Part shown: positions 43,753 to 52,664 of the stretch, one piece after another | Position numbering within the stretch: the first letter of the stretch is position 1 | Layout: each line of letters starts with the position of its first letter | Assembly: GCA_963785725.1 (NCBI GenBank) | Contig: CAWAWS010000003.1 | Coordinates: 352,001 to 416,000, forward strand | Reading direction: 5' to 3' | DNA length: 64,000 nt | Source: an uncultured delta proteobacterium | GTDB lineage: Bacteria > Myxococcota_A > Polyangia > Palsa-1104 | Program-made: the position numbers and the translations under genes | Notes under the pieces: model-generated | What the model was told of the DNA's origin: nothing | The model's database searches: none | What the model saw: only the letters and a program-made list of their open reading frames with translations

Positions 43753-43779
43753 GGTCACATCGTCCGCTCGCGCTTCGTC
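43753..43779 (+). promoter_or_regulatory. ECF41-type promoter
   Basis: GGTCACA-N16-CGTC (consensus TGTCACA-N16-CGTC) upstream of a CMD gene. Confidence 0.7.
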
Positions 43780-43816
43780 ATGGCCATGAAGACCCAACGT
43801 GACGAGGAGAGCGACC

Positions 43817-44272
43817 ATGCAAGCAAGGATGAAGAATCCGGCAACGATCGTGAGCGGCGCCGGCAAGGCGATTCAGGAGCTGTGGGGCGCGGTGGCGGGA
43901 AGCGGCCTGCCACCCAAGACGCTGGCGCTCGTCCACTTGCGCACCAGCCAGATCAACGGCTGTTCCTTCTGCGTCGACGGCGGCGCGCGCCATGCCAAGA
44001 AGGACGGCGAGACCGACGAGCGGCTGTTCGCGGTGGCGGCGTGGCGCGACGCGCCCTATTTCACCGAAGCCGAGCGCGCGGCGCTGGCGCTGGCCGAGTC
44101 GGTCACGCGCCTGAGCGATCGCCCCGACCCCGTGCCCGACGACGTGTGGAGCGAAGCGGCGCGCCACTACGACGAGCGCGGGCTGGCGGCGTTGCTCTTG
44201 GCCATCGCCACGGTCAACGTGTGGAACCGAATCAACGTGACGACGCGGCAGCCGCCCGGCGCCGGCTGGTAG
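43817..44272 (+). CDS. carboxymuconolactone decarboxylase/AhpD-family protein
   Basis: SQINGCSFC, F..AERAAL..AE..T, INV.NR-type motif. Confidence 0.92.
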   Translation: MQARMKNPATIVSGAGKAIQELWGAVAGSGLPPKTLALVHLRTSQINGCSFCVDGGARHAKKDGETDERLFAVAAWRDAPYFTEAERAALALAESVTRLSDRPDPVPDDVWSEAARHYDERGLAALLLAIATVNVWNRINVTTRQPPGAGW

Positions 44273-44382
44273 CGCAGGCCAAAGCCGCCGCGCGCGCGCG
44301 TCTCCGATCGCATCCGACGCCCCGGCGTTCCACGACTGATCACGCCTGTGTACAATCGGCGCTGAAAAAAGCGCGGCGGCCG

Positions 44383-44409
44383 TGTCGATCTCGTCCGGGC
44401 CCAATCGTC
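44383..44409 (+). promoter_or_regulatory. ECF42-type promoter
   Basis: TGTCGAT-N16-CGTC with an upstream A-tract, before the GST gene. Confidence 0.6.
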
Positions 44410-44458
44410 GCCTTGTACGTGACGCGCGTGGCGTCATGCAATGATCGGGAGACCGCCA

Positions 44459-45112
44459 ATGACCGCCACCATCACCGCCTTCGAAAGCTCGCCCGATCGC
44501 GGCCGGGGACTGGCGCGTGACCTGCGCGTCCGCTGGGCGTTCGAAGAAGTGGGCCAGCCTTACGACGTTCGCCTGGTCTCGTTCCGCGAGCTGAAAGAGC
44601 CGGCGCACCTCGCGCTCCAGCCTTTCGGGCAGATTCCGACCTATCAAGAGGGCGAGCTCGCCTTGTTCGAGTCGGGGGCGATCGTGCTGCATATCGCGGA
44701 GCACCATGCGGGCCTGCTGCCGGCCGACGCGAACGCCCGGGCGCGCGCGATCGCCTGGATGTTCGCCGCGCTCAACACGGTCGAGCCGCCGCTGGTCGAA
44801 CGCGGAATGGCCATGCTCCTCGAGCGCGACAAGCCTTGGTACGAGCAGCGCCAGCCGCTGCTCGAGACGCGCGCCCGTAAGACGCTGGGCGACCTCTCCC
44901 GTCGCCTGGCCGATGCCGACTGGATCGATGGCGCGTTCAGCGCGGGCGACCTTCTGCTGGTGGGCGTGCTGTTCCGGTCGAAGCCATCGGGAATCCTCGA
45001 CGAGTATCCGAACCTCGCGGCCTATGTCGCCCGCGGCGAGGCGCGACCCGCCTTCAAGCGTGCGTTCGCCGCTCAGCTGGCGGTGTTCACCGGCAAGCCA
45101 GCCACCGGCTGA
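44459..45112 (+). CDS. glutathione S-transferase
   Basis: QPFGQIP, LFESGAI, FSAGD, ARPAF. Confidence 0.95.
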   Translation: MTATITAFESSPDRGRGLARDLRVRWAFEEVGQPYDVRLVSFRELKEPAHLALQPFGQIPTYQEGELALFESGAIVLHIAEHHAGLLPADANARARAIAWMFAALNTVEPPLVERGMAMLLERDKPWYEQRQPLLETRARKTLGDLSRRLADADWIDGAFSAGDLLLVGVLFRSKPSGILDEYPNLAAYVARGEARPAFKRAFAAQLAVFTGKPATG

Positions 45113-45212
45113 ACCTTAGGTCAGCTCGCCGAGCGTCTCGCGCAGCCACGTCAACGACGCGGCGCACGCGCCCGATGAGGCGCGCGAAATCGCGCCCGAG
45201 CGAGCGGCGTCG

Positions 45213-46122
45213 TCAGCCGGCCGCGGGCGAGATCGGCCGCTGGCGCAGCATCTCGAGGAGCAGCTCGCGAAACGCGGTGACCTTGCGCGGCACGTGCTGG
45301 CGGCTCGGCTGGACCAGCTGGATCGTGGCGGTCCTGACCAGCCAGCGCGGCAGCACGCGCACCAGCGTTCCGGCGGCGACGTCGGCCTCGGCGAGAAACG
45401 TCGGCAGCGCGCCCACGCCGCCGCCGGTGCGCAGCACCTCGCGCGCGAAGAACGGATCGCGACAGGTGATGCGCGCTTTGATGGCCCGCAGATCGCGGTG
45501 GCGGATGAGCTCGGCCATGCTGCGCGGGCCGGCGAACGACACCCAGTCGTAGTCGCGCAGCTCGGCCGGGCTGCGCGGCGGACCGCAGCGCGCCAGATAG
45601 GCAGGCGCGGCGTAGAGCTGCACGACCAGCGTGCCGACCTTGCGCGCCACCAACGTGGAGCTGCGCGGCGGGCGCGACAACAGCCGCAGCGCCAGATCGA
45701 AGCCGTCTTTGACCAGGTCGACGATCTCGGGCGTGAAGTGCAGCTCGACCTGCGTGCCCGGATAACGCGCGGTGTAGCGACTGACCGCCTCGGCCAACAC
45801 CACCGTGCCCAAGTCGGCGGTGGTCGTGATGCGCAGGACGCCGGTCGGCGACTCCTCCTGGCGCGGCAGATCGCGCAGCGACGTCTCCAGCGACGACAGC
45901 GACGGCGCCACGCGGTCGTAGAGCTGAAGGCCGGCGGCGGTGGTGCGCACCTGCCGCGTCGTGCGCGCGAACAGGCGCACGTCGAGCGTCGCCTCGAGCG
46001 CGGCGACGGCGCGGCTCACGGTCGAGCGCGGCACGCCCAGCTGCGCCGCGGCGGCGGAGAAGCTGCCGCCCGCGTGCACGGCGACGAAGGCGTGCAGCCG
46101 GTTGAGAATCGATTGGTGCCAT
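45213..46122 (-). CDS. LysR-family regulator; +1 frameshift after codon 5 (~46107)
   Basis: GSFSAAA..STVSR.V..LE..L...LF.RTTR HTH; ATG GCA CCA ATC GAT [T] CTC AAC restores MAPIDLNRL. Confidence 0.9.
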
Positions 46123-46202
46123 GGCGCACCACAGAAGCGCAATCGGCGCCATTGTGCAAGCAGAGGCACAGCCGCAGGCTTGCAGCTCGACAGGAGAAGC
46201 CC

Positions 46203-47108
46203 ATGTCCACGACGTCTCAGACCGGAAAGCCTCTGCTCGTCACCGGCGCCGGCGGCGCGCTCGGCCGCCGCGTGCTCTCGCTCTTGCTCGAGCAAAAGGC
46301 CGGCGCCATCATCGCTACGACGCGCAATCCGGCGACGCTGGCCGAATTCGCGGCGCGCGGGGTCGACGTACGCCGCGCCAACTTCGACGAGCCGTCCGGC
46401 CTGCGCGCGGCCTTCGCCGGCGCCGAGCGCGCGCTCGTCATCAGCACCGATTCGCTGGGCACGCCCGGCCACCGCCTGCAGCAGCATCAGGATGCGATCC
46501 GCGCGCTGACCGAGGCCGGCGTGCGCCACGTGGTCTACACCTCGATGCCCAAGCCCGAGGGCTCGGCCATCCTCATCGCCGGCGATCACGACGGGACCGA
46601 GAAGACGCTACAGGCCTCGGCGCTCGACTTTACGATCCTGCGCAACAACATCTACGCCGACATGCTCTTGGAGGTGCTGCCGGCGGCGCTCGCCAGCGGC
46701 CGGCTCGTCGACGCCAAGGGCGACGGCGCCACCGCCTACGTGTGGCGCGAGGACTGCGCGCGCGTCGCCGTCGCGGCGCTGGCCAACCGCGCGCTCGGCG
46801 GACGGCAGGTCGTCGACGTCACCGGGCCGGCCGCGGTCACCGCGCGCGAGGTCGCGGCGTTGGCGGCCGAGGTGAGCGGGCGGCCGCTGACCCACGTCTC
46901 GGTGGCGCCGGCGGCTTACGTCGACGGCATGGTGCGGCATGGGATGCCGCAGCCAATCGCCGAGATCTTCGCATCGTTCGACGGCGCCATCGCGCGCGGC
47001 GAGCTGGCCCACGTCGGCGACGGCGTGCAGCGGCTGACCGGACAGCCGCCGCGGTCGCTGCGCGACTTTCTGGCCGCGCATCGCCAGGCGCTGACCGCCA
47101 AGTCGTAG
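46203..47108 (+). CDS. NmrA-like NAD(P)H:quinone oxidoreductase (YtfG/QorB-like)
   Basis: VTGAGGALG, VVYTS, H..TE, TILRNNIY; divergent from LysR. Confidence 0.9.
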   Translation: MSTTSQTGKPLLVTGAGGALGRRVLSLLLEQKAGAIIATTRNPATLAEFAARGVDVRRANFDEPSGLRAAFAGAERALVISTDSLGTPGHRLQQHQDAIRALTEAGVRHVVYTSMPKPEGSAILIAGDHDGTEKTLQASALDFTILRNNIYADMLLEVLPAALASGRLVDAKGDGATAYVWREDCARVAVAALANRALGGRQVVDVTGPAAVTAREVAALAAEVSGRPLTHVSVAPAAYVDGMVRHGMPQPIAEIFASFDGAIARGELAHVGDGVQRLTGQPPRSLRDFLAAHRQALTAKS

Positions 47109-47254
47109 CCCACGCAGCCTTCGTCGAAGACGCGAGCCGGTCTCGGTGAGGCAATGCTGCGCTATTGGCGACCGATATTCACGTCGCTACGAATTCGCGG
47201 ATTGAGATGTCTGGGATATGCGACGCAGCCGACGGGAGCTGGGCGCGTGTGTCT

Positions 47255-48223
47255 TCAGTCGACGAGTCGCAGCGCGCCGATGAGGCGCTGGCTCCACGCC
47301 AGCGCATTGCCGGGCGCGAGCTCGGGATACTCGAGCGCGAAGCCCTGCCACTCGATACTGCCCCAGTCGCACAGATGCGCCACGTCGCGGTCGTGCACCC
47401 ACTGCTCGCCTTTGGCCTCGTAAACGCGGCGCAAGAGCGCGAGCGGCAGCGGCGTGTCCTCGGCGAGCAGCACGGCGTCGTAGAGATCCTTCGGCTGCGG
47501 ATAACTGTCGGTCGCGATCCAGAGCAGCTTCCACGCGAGCGACTCGGCGCGCGACGCGTACCATAAACCGGGAGGCGCCTCGCGATATCCATGCGCAGCG
47601 GCGGTCTCGCGCAGCACCGCGAGCGTAGGCGCGTCCTGCAGCGGCTCGTGGAAGACGATGTCGATCTGAATTGCGTCGCGCATCGTCCCGGCGAAGATCC
47701 ACGGCACCGACAGCCGTCGCCCCTCTGCCCGCTCGTAGGTCCAGATGGCGTCGAGCGCGATCTCATCGTCGAGGACCTCGACGTTCGCGGCCCGGAGCGC
47801 GCCGCACACGGCCCGGCGAATCCCGCCAAGCAGCGTCGACGCGGCAGGCGAATCGGGAGCGCTGGTCGCGTCGCGGACGACGAAATCGATGTCGTGGGCG
47901 CGCCGCGCGCGATCGGGGAACCACGCCTCGAGCGTGAGGCTGCCGCGGAGCACGAGCGCATCGCGGACGGCGGAAGCAGCGAGCCCGTCGAGGCAGGTGC
48001 GCAACAGCGCCGAACGCGCCGCGTCGAGCGCCCGCGCGTGGTCCGCGGCCGTCGGTGCGCCTTTGACGAAGGCCCGCCGGTGATGCCGGAGCGCGGGATC
48101 GAAGACGTCGGGCCGCTGCGGCTCCACGACGTACCCGGCCGGGTAGCCGGCCGGCTTCGCGGCGGCGACGTCCGGAGTCTCCGCGGTGGCGATCTTCTTG
48201 CGATTGAACGGCCAGAAGCTCAT
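47255..48223 (-). CDS. AbiEii/AbiGii-type nucleotidyltransferase (putative toxin)
   Basis: LVLRGS...DIDF, IQID, E.LAWK and KDLYD motifs. Confidence 0.85.
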   Translation of the reverse strand: MSFWPFNRKKIATAETPDVAAAKPAGYPAGYVVEPQRPDVFDPALRHHRRAFVKGAPTAADHARALDAARSALLRTCLDGLAASAVRDALVLRGSLTLEAWFPDRARRAHDIDFVVRDATSAPDSPAASTLLGGIRRAVCGALRAANVEVLDDEIALDAIWTYERAEGRRLSVPWIFAGTMRDAIQIDIVFHEPLQDAPTLAVLRETAAAHGYREAPPGLWYASRAESLAWKLLWIATDSYPQPKDLYDAVLLAEDTPLPLALLRRVYEAKGEQWVHDRDVAHLCDWGSIEWQGFALEYPELAPGNALAWSQRLIGALRLVD

Positions 48224-48807
48224 GGCGATTCCTCGGGACGCCAGCCGGCGTCGAGCCAGAGATTGTCATCGTACACGACCCGCTCGCGCTCAATCTGGGC
48301 GACGGCCACGGCCCGACGGCGCAGCGCGTCCAGCAGCGCCTCGAGCCCCGCGGCCGCGGCCGTCGTCGCATGGACGGCAAAGCGCTGCGTCAAAAAGCGC
48401 TCCTCGCAGCCATCGAGCACCCGGAACGCATTTCGCGACAGATGCGCGCCGTGCGCCGCGCCGAGCGGCCCGAGCTCCGCGATCCGGTCCGGCGTGGTGC
48501 GCACCTTGACGTGATGCTCGATGTACAGCGCCGGCAGGTGCGCAGTCTCGGGCGCGTGCTCGACTTCGATCTTGATCCGTTTGACCTCGACGCCGAGCGA
48601 CGCCAGCTCGTCGCGAATGCCGTGGGCGCGGTGGACGGCGGCGTCGAGCTCGCCCGCGAGCCGCGCCGTGATCATCGTCTGCCGCGGGAACGCGCCGTGC
48701 GAGAGCTCGATATGCGTCAACCGGAACGCGCGCGGCGAGAGCCACGTGAGGAGCGCGCGCTCGGCGTGCGGCGGGTGCGCCAGCGTAAGATGCACCTCGA
48801 TAGACAC
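48220..48807 (-). CDS. conserved hypothetical protein coupled to the nucleotidyltransferase
   Basis: ATGA overlap; motifs IEVHLT, RIKIE, YIEHHVK, AHLSRNA, ERVVYDDN..LDAGW. Confidence 0.8.
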   Translation of the reverse strand: MSIEVHLTLAHPPHAERALLTWLSPRAFRLTHIELSHGAFPRQTMITARLAGELDAAVHRAHGIRDELASLGVEVKRIKIEVEHAPETAHLPALYIEHHVKVRTTPDRIAELGPLGAAHGAHLSRNAFRVLDGCEERFLTQRFAVHATTAAAAGLEALLDALRRRAVAVAQIERERVVYDDNLWLDAGWRPEESP

Positions 48808-48879
48808 GAGCCGATGATTAGCACACGGCAGGCGACCGTCTACCGACGACGCCCGTACGCGCTGTTTGCAGACGGCCGG

Positions 48880-49680
48880 CTACGCGCTACGCAACCAAGG
48901 GATGAGGCGCGAGGTGGTGCGCTGATATTCGGCGTACGTCGGATACTTGCTCAGCGAGACATTCTCCGTCATCCGCGTCGAGCCTTGGAACAGCAGCGTC
49001 AGCACGATCGCGCCGCCGATCGTCGCGTTGAGCCATCCGGCACCGGCGACGGAGAAGAGGTAGAAGCTCCACCACATGGCCATCTCGCAGAAGAAGTTGG
49101 GATGGCGGCTATAGCGAAAGAGACCGCTCGTCAAAAAGGGCTGCGCGATGTCGCGCTGGCTCGCGCGCAGCTGTGCCTTCTCTTGGTGGAATCGCCACTG
49201 TTGCTGATCGGCGATCGTCTCACCGACGAGGAACGCCACGAACAGCGTCGCCGCCGCCACGTCGGTGGCAGCCAGTGGCGCCGGGTGCTCGAGCGCCGCC
49301 CACGCCGGCAGCGTGAATGCGAGCAGCAGCAGGTTCTGAAACGGCGCGATGAAGGTGGCGTTGAACAGCTGGAACTTCAGCGGACCGAGCCGCTGGCGCA
49401 GGATGAGCCAGCGATAGTCTTCTCCGCCTCGTCGATAGCCGCCCTTGCGCGCGAAGTTGTAGGTCAGCCGCAGTCCCCAGGCGACGACCAAGAGCAGCAT
49501 GAGATCGAGCCGCGTGTCCGCGAAGCGCGCGCGCGAAGCGAACCAGGCCACGTAGCCCACCGGCGCGAGCGACCAGAGGCGATCGACCCACGACACATCG
49601 CCGGTCAAGAGCGACAGGATGAAGCAGGCGCCGGCGAGGGCAGCCGCGGCGCAGATCGCAGTCTGTAAGGCGGGGGTCAC
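48880..49680 (-). CDS. DUF1295 (steroid 5-alpha-reductase-like) membrane protein
   Basis: VDRLWS, WGLRLT, EDYRW, ETIADQQQ, GLFRYSRHPNFFCE. Confidence 0.9.
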   Translation of the reverse strand: MTPALQTAICAAAALAGACFILSLLTGDVSWVDRLWSLAPVGYVAWFASRARFADTRLDLMLLLVVAWGLRLTYNFARKGGYRRGGEDYRWLILRQRLGPLKFQLFNATFIAPFQNLLLLAFTLPAWAALEHPAPLAATDVAAATLFVAFLVGETIADQQQWRFHQEKAQLRASQRDIAQPFLTSGLFRYSRHPNFFCEMAMWWSFYLFSVAGAGWLNATIGGAIVLTLLFQGSTRMTENVSLSKYPTYAEYQRTTSRLIPWLRSA

Positions 49681-49798
49681 GCCGCAACCGTAGCCGAGGT
49701 CGAAGCGTTGGTTCAAGTGCCGACACGGCTGTGCCGGCGATCACACCGAGCCGTTGTGCCGCTCGCCGACTCCGCGCCGCTTCGGGTAGGATCGCGGC

Positions 49799-51766
49799 AT
49801 GTCGAGCCTGCGTAGCCTGTTCGTTTCCCTCGCGGTCCTGACGCTGGGCGCGCTGCCGGCGCGCGCCGACCACGTCATCCAGTTCAAAGACCGCACCATC
49901 GATCTGGACCTCTATTTACAAGGCTATCCGTATTCGAGCCCGTACATCGATCTGCGCGCGGGCAAGATGTTCTACCGACACAAGGGCAAGACCGATCAGC
50001 TGATGATGACGTCCTTCGACGTCGCGTCGAAGCAGCCGGTCGACCTCTCGCTCGGTCGCGTCATCTCGCCGCGCGACTTCTCGAAGCGCACGTGGTGGGG
50101 CGCGGCGTGGAGCCCGGCGACGAAGACCGTGCTCATCCAGGCCGACGAGAAGAGCGACGAGATCATGAACCTCTACTCGCTCGATCCGGAGACGGGCGCG
50201 GAGAAGCGGCTCACCAACACGTCGTACATCTATGGTTGGAAGCTCAGCCACGACGGCCGCCGCGTCGCCTACGTCACCCGCGCCACCAAGGACGAGCTGT
50301 CGCCCGCCGACGTGCGCGTCCTCGATCTGGCGACCGGCGCCGAGAAGGTCGTCTACCAGGACTCGCCCGAGAAGAAGCTCGCCTGGACCGGCCTCACCTG
50401 GCAGCCGAACGAGCATGGGCTGCTGCTCGGGTTCAACGGCGACGGCGATCGCCACCACCGCAACCTCTTGTACGTTCCCATCGACGGCAAGGGCGCAGCG
50501 CGCGTCCTCAGCGATCCGAAGACGCCGCGCTACGAGGACGACCCGCTCGACGAGTGGATCGACGACGACGAATACCTGTTCACCTCCGACGAAGCGGGCG
50601 GCGTCATGTCGGTCTACCGCGCGTCGTTACGCGGCGGCGCGCCGGTGCGCGTCACCGCCGAGCACGAGAACGTCAAGAGCACGGCCGTCCTGAAGGACGG
50701 CGAGCGCCGGAGCCTCGTCGTGGTCGTCGGCAATCCCTTGACGAGCGTGCTCGAGCTCATCGACCCGCGGACCGGCGCGGTCAAGGAGCGGTCCAAACAC
50801 GATGAGCTCTGGTCGCTCGACAACGTCTACGATCAGCACGGCATCATCACGATGACCTCGTTGTCGATCCCCTTCAAGGCGATGCAGCTCGACCTGCACG
50901 GCGACAAGCTCGAGCTCATCGACCGCGTGAGCTATCCCGAGCGGCTGCTCAGCAAGATCGTCAACTGCGACGTCGAGAAGGTCAGCTTCCCCACGTTCGA
51001 CAAGCTGGCGGCGCCGGGCGAGAACGGCACGCTGCACGCGTACCTGTTGAAGCCGAAGCGGCCGCGCCCAAAGAGCGAGCTGCGCGCGCTCGTGCTGTCG
51101 TTCTACGGCGGCTACAACGACTTCTGGACCGGCGGGGAGATCCTGTGCCAGGCCGGTTATTACGTGATGAGCCCGGCGCCGCGCGGCTCGGGTGACTTCG
51201 GCACCAGCTTCTTCGACCTCGCCGCGGGTGACTGGGGCGGCGCCGAGACGCTCGACGACTTCGCCGCCGGCAAGTTCCTGCGCGACCGGCTCGGCATTCC
51301 GGCGCAGCGCATCGGCATCTTCGGCCACAGCCGCGGCGGCTACGACACGATGCGCGCGATGACCTTCCCCGGCGAGGTCAACGGCGTGAAGGAGCCGTTC
51401 CGCTTCGGCTTCGGCGTCGCCGAGTCGGGCATCAGTGACATCATCCGCGCCGCCAAAGGCGGCAACATCTCGCAGTGGTACGCCAACCTGACGGGCGGCG
51501 ATCCGGCGAAGGATGCGGCCAAATGGAACGATCGCTCGCCCGAGAGGCACGCCGATCGGATCTCGGGGCCGCTCTTACTCACGCACGGCAGCAACGACAA
51601 TCGCGTTCCGGTGACCGAGAGTCGCTCGATGTACGCCACGCTCAAGCAGCTGAAGAAGGAGGTCTATTACACCGAGCTGCCGGGACAGGGGCACGGCTAC
51701 GTCGGCATCGAGGCGCAGTCGCAATACTATCGCGCCCTCTTCGATTTCCTCGGCAAGCTGCATTGA
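49799..51766 (+). CDS. S9 (prolyl oligopeptidase-family) secreted peptidase
   Basis: Signal peptide, N-terminal propeller, GHSRGG, HGSNDNRV, GQGHG triad. Confidence 0.92.
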   Translation: MSSLRSLFVSLAVLTLGALPARADHVIQFKDRTIDLDLYLQGYPYSSPYIDLRAGKMFYRHKGKTDQLMMTSFDVASKQPVDLSLGRVISPRDFSKRTWWGAAWSPATKTVLIQADEKSDEIMNLYSLDPETGAEKRLTNTSYIYGWKLSHDGRRVAYVTRATKDELSPADVRVLDLATGAEKVVYQDSPEKKLAWTGLTWQPNEHGLLLGFNGDGDRHHRNLLYVPIDGKGAARVLSDPKTPRYEDDPLDEWIDDDEYLFTSDEAGGVMSVYRASLRGGAPVRVTAEHENVKSTAVLKDGERRSLVVVVGNPLTSVLELIDPRTGAVKERSKHDELWSLDNVYDQHGIITMTSLSIPFKAMQLDLHGDKLELIDRVSYPERLLSKIVNCDVEKVSFPTFDKLAAPGENGTLHAYLLKPKRPRPKSELRALVLSFYGGYNDFWTGGEILCQAGYYVMSPAPRGSGDFGTSFFDLAAGDWGGAETLDDFAAGKFLRDRLGIPAQRIGIFGHSRGGYDTMRAMTFPGEVNGVKEPFRFGFGVAESGISDIIRAAKGGNISQWYANLTGGDPAKDAAKWNDRSPERHADRISGPLLLTHGSNDNRVPVTESRSMYATLKQLKKEVYYTELPGQGHGYVGIEAQSQYYRALFDFLGKLH

Positions 51767-51935
51767 GATGAGAGCGAGGTCGGCGCGCCCACAGCCGGTT
51801 CCAGGCGACGACGACCCTTCCGCGTGCCGAAGTAGCACCGCGAATGCGACCTGCAGGCGCGCCTGATGACCTCGCCGCCGCTTCTGTTCTATAGTTTCGG
51901 GTGAATCTGCCGATTGAATGCCTAGTGTGAATGCC

Positions 51936-52550
51936 ATGTCCTCGACGCGGTCCGCCTCCGCCTCGTTTGCCATGCCCGGCGTCGAAGTCAAAGGCGCCTT
52001 CGTCAGCGCGTACTGCGCGACGCTCAAGGATCTCAATCTATTCGACGCGGTCCGCGAGCGCGCCTCGCCCGAACTGCGCGAGGCGCTGCAATGGCCACCG
52101 CCGTCATCGGCTTGGATCGACTACGGCCTCATCGTCGAGATCGACGCCATCGTGCACACCATGCGCGGCGCCCGGATGGTCCGCCGCCTCGCGCACGACG
52201 CGACCATGGTGGGCATCGCGCCATTGATGCAGACGTTCGTGCAGGGCCTCTTGCGGCTGTTCGGGATAAGCCCGGCCACGTTGTTCGCCAACATGCACCG
52301 GGTCTCGTCGCAGACGACGCGCGGCGGCCGCTTCGTCTGGACGCGCACGTCGGAGTTCTCGGGCGTGATGACGCTCCACGTGCCACGGCTACGCGGCATC
52401 AACGTCGCGCTGTGGCACGCGTCGGCGGGCGGCCTCGAGCTGGTGTTCGAAGCCTGCGGTGTCGACGGCACGGTGCAGGAGCCCCTGCCGAAGGAGGACG
52501 CGAGCGGCACGAGCGTCGAGTTCCGCCTGAGCTGGCAGGCGAAAGTCTGA
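51936..52550 (+). CDS. DUF2378/V4R-like myxobacterial protein
   Basis: VKG...P...W..Y...L..LFG.SP..L pattern ending FRLSW. Confidence 0.65.
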   Translation: MSSTRSASASFAMPGVEVKGAFVSAYCATLKDLNLFDAVRERASPELREALQWPPPSSAWIDYGLIVEIDAIVHTMRGARMVRRLAHDATMVGIAPLMQTFVQGLLRLFGISPATLFANMHRVSSQTTRGGRFVWTRTSEFSGVMTLHVPRLRGINVALWHASAGGLELVFEACGVDGTVQEPLPKEDASGTSVEFRLSWQAKV

Positions 52551-52664
52551 CGACTGGACGCAGAGTCGAGCGCTGCGCGCCCTCGCCGCCCGCGATGAGC
52601 GGGCCGAACACGGCGCCGGGCTCATCACGACGCAAGCGCGCGCGCTACCCGCGCATCGCCGCGA

